Of a stretch of 64,000 nucleotides of DNA, positions 23,929 to 37,160 are shown one piece after another. The notes beneath the pieces are model-generated. The model was not told the DNA's origin. It was given only the letters and a program-made list of their open reading frames with translations, and searched no databases. The DNA is from Lama glama (taxonomy: Eukaryota): positions 13,332,001-13,396,000 of the forward strand of contig CM052817.1 in the NCBI GenBank assembly GCA_028534125.1. Direction: 5' to 3'. The position numbers and the translations under genes were made by a program. The first letter of the stretch is position 1. Every line of letters begins with the position of its first letter.

Positions 23929-26900
23929 GGTAGCAATCTTCTTGAAGTATGTTTGGTATCAAATGAAGTTATTCCTTTGCCACAATTCTGAAATATTTTA
24001 AAAGTCTATCATCAACAAAAACTTCTCTTCTTAGCCTGGCAGTAGTTTAGAAATGGTCTGGTCCAAATATGAGGAAACCACAACACACAAGAGGTCGGTG
24101 GCTGTCCAAAGGTCCAAGGCTATTCGTTGGCAGAGCTGGAGCTGGGTTTTAAACTTCCCCGTTGGGTGATTTTTCTGATACAGATTGCCTCTAAGAAGTT
24201 TTACGCTTCATCAGCATGGCAGTTGGTTTGGTACAGAAGGTAACCTGGCTCCTCGGAAATGACACAGTCAGGTTCAGGTTGAGTTGTGCCTGCAAGAGAC
24301 AAACTAGCAGATACCACTACTTGTTTCTTTGCCCAGTATTGATTGAGCACCTGCCATGGGTCAGGGCACGTACTAATATTACCATCTTACGTCCCTACGG
24401 CGTGTAATAGCGGCTCACTCTCACACACTTCATCTTCTCAGTGAAACGACTCAGGCTTAGTTGCCCCTGAATTCAGAATTACTCAGGTCAGGAACAGTTT
24501 TATCAGAGTAGGTGGGATTCGGCCTGGGCCTCTAGCAGATTAATACATGGCACAGATTATCAGACAGCTGAAGCCGAGGCGGGTCAGTGTCACCAGACCC
24601 TCACTGCCTTTCAAAGACCAATCTGAATAAAACAATGAAGTCTCACATTTTATTTAGAGAATATTTTTGACTCAGTCTGATTTAAAACTTACCGTTTTAG
24701 TGTAGACAAATTCAGTTGCAGCTCCTGCTGATTCCACGGGATGCCTTTCTGAAAAAGAAAAGAATGTACTTGATTCTGCTTTCCATTGTGTTTTAGTTTA
24801 CAACCCTATGTGGAAAAAACAAAGGTCTTACTGAAATCTTTATTTTCTACAAAATTCTGCACTGCATCTTGTTCATCCAAATACTATATGCAAATTATTT
24901 TAGCTCCTAATGTCTTTGATCTGCCCACAGTGAATTTGGCACATGGCACACTCATCACTTACATAACAAATATTATCATTTCTTAGAGAAATTAGTCAGT
25001 AAAGCAGATGGTTTTTCCAGAACTGCTGAGCTGCTGTACAGGTTTCACGGGGCTTTGTGCATTGGAATGACAAGATAAAGTGGTAGTAAGACTTAATGGA
25101 AGCCATTAAAAAATGAAGAATTCATCTTCCAAAAGACTAACACAATTCAGTGTCTTCTATTACTGTCTATTAGATGGCACATCCTTTGCAGTGCGTTTTA
25201 TTGGATTGCAGGTTAACTGATTGGGACCCCACTGTTTTCAGCAGTAATTTGTGAGTGTGCACGTAGTTCGGCAGAAAACGGATTAAGCCATAGTGTTTGC
25301 TATTCCTCGCGTATTATAAATAATTGCACGTAGTGGGAAAGGGAGTTGCAAAAAAAGTAAAACGACTTAAAAACCAAAGCTATATGAAGCTGCTAAAGAA
25401 AACTTCTACTGACAAATACTGTTTGGACAAGTCACACTGTTACTTTGACTGCATTTTCCTATTACTAAGCTAACAGAGCTGGTTTCACTTTTCTTGCTTT
25501 GTTATATAGCTCATAAATCTCCTAAATTGCTTTGTGATATTTTTAGACCATGATATGCCATAAGGAGTACTTCCCAGCATGCATCTTACTTAGTCAGCTT
25601 GGAGCTCCTACACAGTGTATTCTGCACTCTTTGCTTTCTTCTTCACTGCTTGTCAGATAATAGAGTCCAGGGAATGTGATATCCTTTATTGATAATACCA
25701 ACTTTAAAAAATTCTTAATTAAATATTTTCTTCCTGTTTTGAAACTTGGTCTGAGGAGCCAAAGAAAGACAAAAATGTCCATCATAATGTGACTCCAGGT
25801 TCTAATGGGCTTGAAAAAGAGTGTCTGTAGAGAAAAGAAAATAAAATAGCTCTCAGCCAGCCACTCTGGTGACTCTGTGGTTCTCTTATCTTTTACTTTG
25901 ATTTCTCCTCTCAGATAAATAATTCAGAGTGTTTCAAAGCATCTCTTCTTCTTTTAATGCTCTGCACTTGAGCAGCACTGCTCACATTAACATTGATGGA
26001 AGCCCTTTTCTCGGGCCTTGTTCATCTAGTTGAGAATGTCTATGGCCACTTAGAATCCATTTAACTTCAGACTTGTTTACTTTGCTTTGTTATGATTTAG
26101 CATTAAAACCGCTGGCTCTAGAGCAAGCACGCTTATGCAGTGAGCTCATTTTATTTCTTAATTCATACACTCAGAACTAAAAGTCTGTGTTACTCTTAGA
26201 GAGTATATACTCCCCATTTATTTTAATTCATCTGCTCTCCAGTAAGTCTTAAATCCTGATTTTGCATTTTCAGACAAGACCCTTGGCATTCAATAATATC
26301 CACATTCACTAGGGTGTTTTTGATTATCCTCATTCACTTACATCCTAATGGCTTTGAAATAGAAAAGTGGATAATCAGTACAGTCTAAACCATAAAGACT
26401 TTTATATAATTATAAAGATGTACATAGAATTTTTTTAATCTACTATTCATTGATCATGCATTAAATATCAAACTCTATACTAATTATTTTACATGTAGTG
26501 TTTTTATTTAATCTTTTAACAAACCTGTAAGATGGAAATTATTACATACATGTTACAGATGCAGAAAGGGACACTTAGAGAGATTAAGTAATGTAGTCAA
26601 GATTATATACAGTTAAGGATGAAACCAGAATACAAACACAGTTCTGCCTAATTGCCAAGTCCAAATTCCGTAAGGTTAAACCAAAATTTCCCAGTTTATT
26701 TGTTTTTTTGAACTCAGTGAACCCTTTCTAAAATCTCAAACAGAAACACTCATGGAAACCCAATGTGTGATACTAATGAATCACAACAGAAGAGTATTGT
26801 TGGGGGAGGGTGGGGGGATGGGGTGCAGAGGGAAACTGCCAGAAGCCCCCTCCCATCTATGGCCATATCTGCAAGGGCTCTGTGGTCTCCTTTAGCTCCA

Positions 26901-27023
26901 CAATTCATAGTTTAATAACCATTTCATGTGCCATATTGCTTTTCCATGGGCACCTCTAAAGTCCTGCATCCTTGGCATTAGAGCTAGAGATTCCAGTGTT
27001 CAGCATTCATGAAGACGGGATTT

Positions 27024-27780
27024 AAAAAGGAACCCTCCTATACTGTTGATGGGAATGTAAATTGGTGCAGCCACTATGGAGGATAGTGTGGAGGTTCCTT
27101 AAAAAACTGAAAATAGACTTACCATATGACCCAGCAATCCCACGCCTGGGCATATACCTAGAGAAAACTCTAATTCAGAAAGTCACGTGCACCCCAATGT
27201 TCATAGCAGCACTATTTACAATAGCCAAGACATGGAAACAATCTAAAAGTCCATCAACAGACAACCTGGTAAAGAAGATGTGGTATATGTATATATAATG
27301 GAATATTACCCAGCCATAAAAAAGAATGAAATAATGTCATTTTAGCAACATGGATGGACCTAAAGATTATTCGTATTAAGTGAAGTAAGTTAGAGAAAGA
27401 CAAATATCATATGATATCACTTATATGTGGAATCTAAAGAAAAATGATACAAATTCTATTTACAAACCAAAAACAGACTCACAGACATAGAAAACAAACT
27501 ATGGTTACCAAAGGGGAAGGGGCAAGGGAGGGATAAATTAGAAGTTTTGGATTAACAAATACACATTACTGCATATAAAAGAGATAAACAACAAGGACCT
27601 ACTGTATAGCACAGGGAATGATACTCAGTTTTTTGTAATAGCATGTAATGAAAAAGAATCTGAAAAGAAAAAATATATATGTATGTATATCTTTAACTGA
27701 ATCACTTTGCTGTATGTAACCTTAAGCTAACATTGTAAATCAACTATACTTTAATAAAAAATATAAAATTTAAAAGAAAA
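27024..27780 (+). mobile_element. 5'-truncated L1 (ORF2 C-terminus, 3'UTR, A tail)
   Basis: ORF 27062..27298 ([33 protein letters not shown]) is L1 ORF2 C-terminus; A-rich tail; flanking direct repeat. Confidence 0.95.
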
Positions 27781-27829
27781 CAGGCTTTAAAGGGAACCCT
27801 GAGTAATTAATTATCTAACAGCATAGGGC

Positions 27830-28070
27830 GGTGTTTAGAAATTCACGCTGTCTTTTTGGATTACTTGAGTGCATTTCCTGGCACTGCACTTATAAGTTGA
27901 AGGTCCTTGGGTTAGGCACTTAACTATTTTGTCCCTTATTTCCTCACCTGGAGAGTAGAATCATGGTATCACCGATGTCACAGGGCTGTGGAGAGAATTC
28001 AGTGAATTCACATATGCAAAGTGATGAAAAGAGAGAAAGTGCTCAAAGAATATCAGCTGGATTATTATCC
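27830..28070 (+). mobile_element. MIR SINE relic
   Basis: ccttgggttaggcacttaac..tttcctcacctg..cagggctgtggagagaatt core similarity. Confidence 0.6.
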
Positions 28071-28766
28071 CTGGTTCTTTACCATCAATATAGCTGGGAC
28101 CCCTTCTGCCCCAGAGTGCCCAGGCTGAAAATCTGTCCTGGGATGGGCCCCAGGAATTTTGTATCCATTCCCCTGCTCTATCCAGTTAGGTTAGTCTCCA
28201 TTCTGCTATGATGATAATTTGGATTCATGGTAAATTAGAGTATCCATGGTTAACATATTTGTTTTTCATAAAATTATCTTTCATTCTAATGCATCCAGTC
28301 TCTATTGGAAAATTTAAAATGTTAAATGTTCTTAAAAATATGCTTAATATTCTTAGTAAATTTTACAAGACAGAACTTTTATCATGTCATCAGCTCAGAT
28401 GAGTTAGACAGCAGAGAACAGAGGACACTATGGGCAAATAAAGTTGGGGAAACGGGGGAGAGGGAGGGAAGGAGGGAGGGGCGAACACTGGTGCGATGAT
28501 TCTATTCTTGGTTGGATGGGGGATGCTCACTGTCATCAGGGAAAGGAAATTGCTGTTCCTGTGATAGTTTGCAGTGAGAAACTGTGGGCGCCTTTGCAGA
28601 TCAGTACTTATTTTCTAGGCATATGTTTATTTTCAGACTTTATGAGCCTGTTCTAAATACGTTTTTTTTTTCAAAGATGGTGCCACTTTTTCCTAGATGA
28701 AATGCAACTGTTTGGTTCCTTTTGGCTCAGTTGGGTTTGAAACTGTTTACCTGCTTGTTCACACAG

Positions 28767-28904
28767 GTGTGACTGCACGCCAGGGTATGTCGGCGAGCAC
28801 TGCGACATTGACTTTGACGACTGCCAAGACAACAAGTGTAAAAATGGAGCCCACTGCACTGATGCGGTGAATGGCTATACGTGCATCTGCCCCGAAGGCT
28901 ACAG
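28767..28904 (+). CDS. SLIT2: SLIT2 coding exon (approx. 31): EGF4/EGF5
   Basis: acacag|G TGT GAC...TAC AG|gtaaaa; 138 nt; [45 protein letters not shown](S). Confidence 0.97.
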
Positions 28905-29015
28905 GTAAAAGTACAAATACCCATTTGGATTTAAAATCAGGTGTTACAGCACTCAGTTCACATTGACAGTTAAGTACCATCTAATCAACACTTTTTTTTT
29001 CTGTTTCTTCTTTAG

Positions 29016-29256
29016 TGGCTTGTTCTGTGAGTTTTCTCCTCCCATGGTTCTCCCTCGGACCAGCCCCTGTGATAATTTTGATTGTCAGAACGGAGCTCAG
29101 TGCATCATCAGGGTAAATGAGCCAATATGCCAGTGTTTGCCTGGCTACCAGGGAGAGAAGTGTGAAAAATTGGTCAGTGTGAATTTTGTCAACAAAGAGT
29201 CTTACCTTCAGATCCCCTCCGCCAAGGTTCGGCCTCAAACAAACATCACTCTTCAG
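29016..29256 (+). CDS. SLIT2: SLIT2 coding exon (approx. 32): cleavage site, EGF6, start of laminin-G
   Basis: tttag|T GGC TTG...CTT CAG|gtaaga; 241 nt; [29 protein letters not shown]...PQTNITLQ (inside ORF 28963..29295). Confidence 0.97.
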
Positions 29257-30841
29257 GTAAGATTCCTCTGCTACCAAGGGCTGATCTCACTCTAAGTCAG
29301 TTCAGCTTCAAAGCACAAACATACGTGATGGCTTGTGAATGATATTATTTCTTAAATAGACAGTTACAAACTGCGTAGCACAGTGGCAGAAAACGCTGCT
29401 TGTGTGAAGAGCTTCAGCTATTCTAACATTTGTGTTTTTCAAAACTAAATGGGAACCAGGTATTTTGATTCACTAGTTGATCGTATAAAACACGCACACA
29501 CACAGAGCAACAAAATATGTCTCTTCGTTTTGTGCTCAAGTGATGGCATTTAATTCATTTATTTTTTTATGACTGTGCAGTTCAGGCTTTGCACAGGGGG
29601 CAGCTTCCTGTACGAAACGTGCAGCTGAGAAGAGACAGGTGAGACAGAACACACCAGGGCAGAACATTTAGCACGTGTCCTTTAACTCTGACATGAAATT
29701 CACAAACTCAGATTTTATTGTAAGTCTTTCCCCCAAGTCACTGTGGAAGCCATTCAGATCCACAGACGAGGTGAGGCTAGATTAGGGGTAATACGTTTAG
29801 GAAACACAAGCAAGTTGGGGCTACATGTTTGTTTTCTCTGGTAAGCAAGCTGCATCAGTATGTTTTGAATTCAAATGAGTGTAGCCAGTTCCCCTTGCCT
29901 TGTTCCTTATCTAATTTACCCTGAAACTCCAGTGAGAGGCAAGGGCTTCTTGAGAAGCCAAGAGGAATGGGACCCTGGAGGGCAGACAGGTCTTCTTGAA
30001 AAGGTCTGTCTCCTTAACTTCCAGCATTTGCTGCCCAGATTGTTATGAGAAGTACTCAGTGGTGTTTGTGCTTAAGTTCCAACTTCTACTCAGCTGGTCC
30101 TTCAAAAGCTTGAAAAAGTCAGGAAGCAGGATAAAAAGAGAGATTTCCCCCTCTTCACTCCATAATTATAAAAAATTTATTTTTTAATATAGAATATGAA
30201 AATCTGTCTTGCTCAATGCAGTCACATTTCATATGTGACATAAATAAAGCCCATAAGAAGAGCAAAAAAAAAGCAGGTAAGTGAAAATCTCAAGCAAGGG
30301 GCATTCTAAATATACCCAATGATGTTTGCTTAAGTATTTGTTACTGTTCTTTTTAACAGAACAGAAATGTGATCATTTTATTTCTGATTAGATTTTAGCA
30401 TTCTCTGCTGTGACAATTAGTTTGATATCTAAAGGGGAAAGCTTGATTTACTCTAAATACTGCAAACTCTAATGATATGGAAACTAATTTTCAACTTTAA
30501 TTTTCTGAAGTATAAATTATGTCATTTCCTTGTTTTTTGCATATTTCATAGGACATGAATGTTTAGCTTTATCATTGTCAATATGTACAGAATGAGAATA
30601 AATATATAAGTTCATGAATGTAAAAAAAATTGAAATTCTTTACGAATTTATTTGCAGCACAGCAATCCAGAAGCAGGTCATCTTTTGAGTAATCATTTCC
30701 ACATGCATTGGTATTTTCTCCTAGCCATAACGAAGAAATAAACCATAGTAAAAACCCTTTGCTAAGCAGTCTTGTTTCTTCTTAATGAAATATGTTTGGA
30801 TGGCTCTATGTCCTGCTAACATCAGGGTTACTTCCTACTAG

Positions 30842-30972
30842 ATTGCCACAGATGAAGACAGTGGAATCCTCCTGTATAAGGGTGACAAGGACCATATCGC
30901 TGTAGAGCTGTACCGGGGGCGTGTTCGTGCCAGCTATGACACCGGTTCCCACCCGGCTTCTGCCATTTACAG
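30842..30972 (+). CDS. SLIT2: SLIT2 coding exon (approx. 33): laminin-G
   Basis: ctactag|ATT GCC ACA...TAC AG|gtgaag; 131 nt; [43 protein letters not shown](S). Confidence 0.97.
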
Positions 30973-33559
30973 GTGAAGATCTCTCAGTTACTGGTAAAGG
31001 TGAAAAACAATTGCTTCAGGAAGCACTGCTTCTCCTCTGCCGTACCGTGGGGAGGGGAGGGAATAACTAGGCTACAGCAGACTTAATGATTAGTGCATTA
31101 GAGACCTGGCAGTAACAGATGGCAGACTCAAGCCGGACGGTTGGAGGGGAGACGTATAAGAGGACTGTTTGCAGAGACTGGGTGGGGTAGTACAATAACC
31201 TGGAGTAGTAACCAGGGATACGGCTCCTGCCATGGGCTTGAAGGAGAGGAGGAGCTGGCAGTTATGGAAATGGATGCTCAGAAAAGAAATTGCGGAGAGG
31301 ACTGCCCGACAGGAGCTGTGACTTGCAGTGGAGGGATGCAGTCACGTCTCAGGGAAGGAAGCAGCGTTGTAAATTCCTGACTTCCCAGCAGTCCGTGCTT
31401 CCCTTTGGCCAAATCAGATGTCAGAAAACAAGGAACCCAGTGATGCCGGTCATGTCGCTCACTCACGAGCCTCCCAGGGCTCAGAGCTGGGTGACGACAG
31501 GTGGAGAGCAGCTCTGGAGAAACAGCTGCAGGATACCCAACCAGTGAGAAATTTAAAGTTACTATTCGTGCAACACATGGTTATTGAGCACCTACTGTGT
31601 TCTAAGCTTTCAGCAACAAAGCCCAGCCCTTAGGAAGCTAACATGTGCTAAGCCAGTGGACACATATGGTATGTGTATAATCCTATTCATTTTGAAAGTT
31701 TTCTAGTACTGTAATGATATTGACAATACACTGATGATGAGAAAGGGGTGGGATTCAGGGGGCATACATTTTGCTGGAAGTGTGCTTTTGGCATAAGACT
31801 CACCTCCAGAGTCTCTCCGTTGGGTCTCAACACTGGTCGTCCCACAGACAAGTTACCTAGTTCATTGCTTCACATGCAGAAATAACTACCCTCATCTAGA
31901 GCAAAGGCGCAAAGTCATAGGCAGTCAGTTTTTCCAGGCAGATAACTTCAAGGACTAAGCATGCCAGGTGCAAGAAAAGAATATGCTGTCATCCTTTTAT
32001 TCCTGAAAAGATTTTAACTTTTTAGAGACTCATTCCTTTATTACAAATAGCCTTGGTGTTAGCAATATAATAGGAGTGGTCGTGAGTGAAGTGAACTAAA
32101 AAACAAATCTTTGTCAAAACCGGACTAGACCCCATCTGCTCAGGTCTCCTTGAATGTTGCCATGTGAAAATGGAGGGCCAGGTTTTGCCAGAACTTACAA
32201 TTTTTCAAGAAAGGATAGAAATTTGGCTTTTTTTAAATATGAAGTTTTCCCTCCTTTAAAAATCAATTCACATTTTTTAAAAAATACCAAAAGTGGTGAA
32301 CAAAATGCATTTGTAGGCCAAGTACCCGGGGCAGCAAGTTTGTGGGCATTGAGACAGGAACTGGAGACACTGGGCTCTGTGTACTGATATGAGGCTTATA
32401 GATATCAGTGTGTTTCACATGCTATTTGACCTTTCATAACGGTTCTAGGAAATTAGATGCCAGTTGTAGCCATGGGTGGAACTTGACAAGTCCTTCTGGT
32501 AGTGAGCTAACTCACTGGGAATATTTAGAGCATGAAAACAAGCACATAATTATTGGTTTCCAAGTAAATACAATAGTTATTTCATCTCTAAATGGTGATG
32601 AATTAGTGCCAACATTTTAAATGTGGCTAGGCCTTAAATTTTATAGCTTCAGTTTGTTTTAGCCCATAAAGAGATTTCAGAATACTGATTTTTATGGTTC
32701 ATTTTTGGTATTTTGATTGTTTTATTTTATGCAGTAAAACAGCATAGAACTCTCAGAAACCTGTAAAAGTTTTTGGGGTTGGCTTACTAATGCTAGCATT
32801 CACTTAAACTATACCTAAAATATTTCTAGATAAAATATAAAAACCCAAGTGATTATATCCAAATGAGGACTTACTATAGAGAGCTTATTTTGAGTTAATG
32901 TTTATTACCATTTTTACCTTAACCAAAAATAGAGTATACCCTGTAGCATCTATAAAGAAAAAAAAAGACTAGTATCACATCGCACACTTTTTGTTGGGAA
33001 CCAGAAGTGGGCGTTTCTGCTTGCAGACATCTAAGGAAGACATCTGGTGTGAGGTCCAGGGAATGCATAGCTTTTGTTTATTTTTTGCTCTTTAGTTCAT
33101 GGCACAACAATCAACAAAAGTCATTGAGTTATTTTTAAGTAAAAGAAAAGAAGCAATAATCACCTAGAACTCAGATAGAGAGATAATGGATCGATGGATT
33201 AATTGATTGATTGACACAGATATAATATACACATATCAATGGGTTAGTATCCAGTTTGAAATAGAAAAAATGCTTTTGTGAAGTAGACTACTGAGACATC
33301 CAGTTTTTTCAACGCACTAGGAGACTCTGGTTTTTAACAAGTAAGAAACCTAGTGGCTGAGATGTATGTTCAGATCTTGACCAATTACTCTGTATAAACT
33401 TAAGCAAGATACTTAATTTTTCTGTGCTTCAGAATTCATATCTACAAATTATAGTGTAGCATCCACCCCGTCAGGTCACTGTGAGGATTTAATTCTAGAC
33501 TCAGCTCTGTCCTCACTCCTCACTCACTCTGTCTTCGCTCTCATCTCCCTTCTAACAAT

Positions 33560-34135
33560 GGAGGAAGGTCTTTCTGGATCTCTCTCTGGAGTGTAACAAG
33601 AGTTTATAGCACACCCTCTAACCTCACACATGAACATGAGAGGTACATCTGGTTTACAGTTCCTATGCGGGGCAATTTGGAAATGTCTTTCCCACTTCTG
33701 GGAAGTTATCCTAAAAGATACCTGAAGACATAGAATTGACGTGCACTGAGGTATTGGTTGTAAAAACAAAAGTTGGGAAACAATCCAAGTTTCTAATTAA
33801 ATAAACTATGGGGCATTCACACAATGGAATGTATTGTTAAAAAAAGTGGGGGGGAGGAAGGAGAGAGAGGACAAGGAAGTTCTCTATATGTGATATTGAA
33901 AGATTTCCAAGGTCTGTTGCTCAGTTAAAAAAAAAAAAAGTAAGGCAGAGCAGTGTCAAAGGTGGGTAAATAAATCTGTCTTGTTATTTCTGTGTACTTG
34001 CATAAAGAAAAAACTAGGGACAAGAGGAAAGTGTGGGGTCGAGGCACAACTTATGTATGAATATCATTTTATATATTTTGATTTTTGAACCATTTGAATG
34101 TCATTACAACTCAAAACTAAAATTGAAGTAAAAGA
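33560..34135 (+). mobile_element. Ancient L1 (L1ME-like) 3' fragment
   Basis: ataaactatggggcattcacacaatggaat..tgatattgaaagatttccaagg motifs. Confidence 0.55.
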
Positions 34136-34139
34136 AAAG

Positions 34140-34360
34140 ATCAGGTGCTCTAGACAGTCCACCTTGATTCAAGTCCCAGCTCTTTCTTCCATTAACTGTG
34201 TGTCTTGGGCAAATTGCATAAGCTCTCTGGTCCTCACCTGGTAAATGGGTAAATCAGTGTAATGAATCATAGTTCCGTCTTTGTAGGATTGTGGTAGGAA
34301 TTGTATGATTTGACACACATGAAGTATTTAGAATAATGAAACATTAAACAATAAGAGCTG
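34140..34360 (+). mobile_element. MIR SINE relic
   Basis: ttcaagtcccagctc..tgtgtcttgggcaaattgcataa..taggattgtggtagg. Confidence 0.65.
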
Positions 34361-35354
34361 CTGGGATCGTACATGCAGAATGTCCCAAACTACCTTTATT
34401 CCCTTTGCTCACCCTGGCACATTCCTAATTTCATAGAGAAGCACCACCATCTTCTTGGTCATCTTAGGTGTGATGAAGTTACTCTCCACCTTTTGCTTTC
34501 TTTCACCTTCAACTTGAAATGTTTCCAAGTCTTAATTCTGCTCTCATTAATTTCCTGGCATTTATTCAAATGCCTCTGTCCTTGTTCAGGCCTTATTACA
34601 ATGTGTACTCTGATGAAAAGGATGACTTCTTCATTATTACAGGAAAACTCATCAATAATACTGTTACTATCGGTTTTCCCATAAGTTGCTTAATAAATAT
34701 TTTGTTTGGCTGAATTCAATTTTCAAATCTTGATGTATTTCCATTTTACATAACTGTACTAAAAATACATCACACTAATGTTTTAAAAAGAGGTATTTTT
34801 ACATATCCTGACCTCAGAGAATTTGAGTTCAGTTAATTGAATGATTTTATGTTGTATAAGATTTACCTTGGTAAAACTTCGTTTTCCAAAATATGCATTA
34901 TTTAATGTGCTGTTGGAGCATCACATATGGGAGTAATTTTGCATGTCAGGTGCATTTTTTCAGTTACCTGGTTAATTTCCAATGTTGATGGAGATGGAGT
35001 TTATTTATTTTAGCAAAATGAAATCTGTTAAATTAGGGAAACTTATCATCCGTTATTATTGTTTCTATTGTAGTGTATTTTTTGGTTTAAAATATTTGCT
35101 CTTAGATGTCAATTATTGTCTGAAATGAATCGATATGAGAACCATTATTTTATGGAATTATGGCTAGAGGGAGTAGTTAATGTAGCCTAAAGTGTTAATA
35201 ATTACCAAGATGTGGTAATTATTTCTTGTCCGGTGGAACCAAAGTGGCATGCACGTTTTCTCATTTTATTCCTTACATCTGAAAGAAGATCGTGGTTTCT
35301 TGTAGGCATGTCTACTGCAAACAGAGTCAGACACATAGGTAGGGGTATAGAGCC

Positions 35355-35525
35355 ACTGTTTTCACATAACCTGCACCAGAATCACTTGAAAGTTCTGTTA
35401 AAGTACAGATTCCTGGGCTCCACCCCTAGTTTTGATTCGAATCTCGGATGAGCCCCTAGATTTTCATTTCTCCAAGCTCCCAGGTGATGCTCTGGTCCAG
35501 GGACCACCTTTTGAGAACCATTTGT
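35355..35525. mobile_element. MER5A-like hAT-Charlie DNA element
   Basis: cagaatcacttg..cagattcctgggctccacccc..aagctcccaggtgatgct..gaccaccttttgagaacca. Confidence 0.8.
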
Positions 35526-36666
35526 ATAAAGGGAGTATATCTGAGCTGTGCTCTGAGAGGTGATGGTGTGCACCGCTTCTCACATCCAAGTCCCAGGACC
35601 TCATGCTTAATGTCTGCCTTTGGGGAGTATTTTCCACCACAGTAATCAGCCGCTGCTACAAATCCAGACTCGTTCGTTTTACAGGAAGCCAATTGTTAAA
35701 TATTGCCCTGCACCCTGCTAAGAGATCTAATCAACAGCAAAAGAGGTTACACACGTTGCCTAACAAGTGGACGAATGTAGAATATGGTCCACGTGCCTAG
35801 CTGTAATGCTTAGAGACTAGTGTGAACCCAGTAGCAGTGCTGAATGAATGAATGAATGACAGCCTAAACTTAAAGCTAATATCAGCAGTAGTCCCTCAGA
35901 CGGGGATGAGAAATAACATTTTTTTTTCTTCAAGTAGGCTGATAATTGATCGCCCTTTGAAGTGACTTTCTTTTCATCTAGATAGGCAGAAACTTGAAAA
36001 AAAAGATGAATAAAAATTATATGCTTCTTTCTTTAGATTAGAATTAACGTTATTTTCCAAACCAGATAGCTTCTTTGGAAACATAGTCATTGACTATTTA
36101 AAAATGAGGGAGCCAGATGCAGCCCCCTGCAGAGGTGCAGGACTGTACCATGCGGTCATCAGTTTCAGTGTTCAGGGACCCGCACAACTGCAGGGGACTC
36201 TCCCTGCAGGCTGCCAGGCTTGGGTGGCCGCATAGCCTCTGGGTTATGCCACTTACAGGCTTTCATTAAGAAAAAAGAAGAAGAATTTAGTCTCGTTGGA
36301 AAAATGGACAGTAGATGAAATCTATGTAGTCTTCTCATTTCCAAGGGAAACAAGTCGTTCTTGAGACGCTGTATGGGAAGGCACCATTTTTTACCCTTTG
36401 TAACCTTGAGCAAGTTATTCCTTCTCTTTGTGCTTCCATTTCGTGGAGAGACTTGGGAGTAACCAACGTGAAGCACCTAGTATCTTACTAGACAAGAGCA
36501 CAATTATTGGTAATGCTGGGTTGATAGATATTCTTCATGCTCAGATACCCAGATACTGAAGAATAAAACCCAAGTGCAGATAGTATTGTCTTACATGTGA
36601 CTCTTACATTATGTTCAAATGTGGAAGTCCCTTTCTACTGTAGGGCATTTTTATTTAAATTATGTA

Positions 36667-37160
36667 CAGATAGTCCCAAACTTAGGATGGTTCAACCTAA
36701 CAATTTTTCAACTTTACGACGGTGCAAGAGCGGTATGCATTCAGTAGAAACCATCGTTAGAAAGAATTTTGAATTTTGATCTTTTCCTGGGCTAGCCCGT
36801 TGCAGTACATACTCTGGGGACGCAAGGCAGCCGCAGCTCCCAGTCGGACACGTGATCACGAGGGTGAACAACCCATGTGCTCAAACTAGTCTGCACCCAG
36901 ACAACCAGTCTGCTTTTCACTTTCTGTCCAGTGTTCAGTAAATTACATGAGCTGTTCAGCACTTTATTATAAAATAGGCTTTGCGTTAGATGATTTTGGC
37001 CAGCTGTAAGCGAGTGCAATTGTTCTGAGTACGCTTAAGGCAACTAGGCTAAAATATGTTTGATAGATTAGGTGTGTGAAGTGCATTTTCGACTTACCAT
37101 ATTTTCAATTTACAATGAGTTTATTGGGACTCAACCCCATTGTAAGTTGAGGATGATCTG
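36667..37160. mobile_element. Complete non-autonomous TcMar-Tigger element (MER47/Tigger5-like)
   Basis: TIRs CAGATAGTCCCAAACTTAGGATGG and (revcomp) CAGATCATCCTCAACTTACAATGG; TA dinucleotide on both sides. Confidence 0.85.

Noticed and set aside
27062..27298. 78-aa ORF as an independent gene
   Set aside because: C-terminus of L1 ORF2 in a truncated copy.
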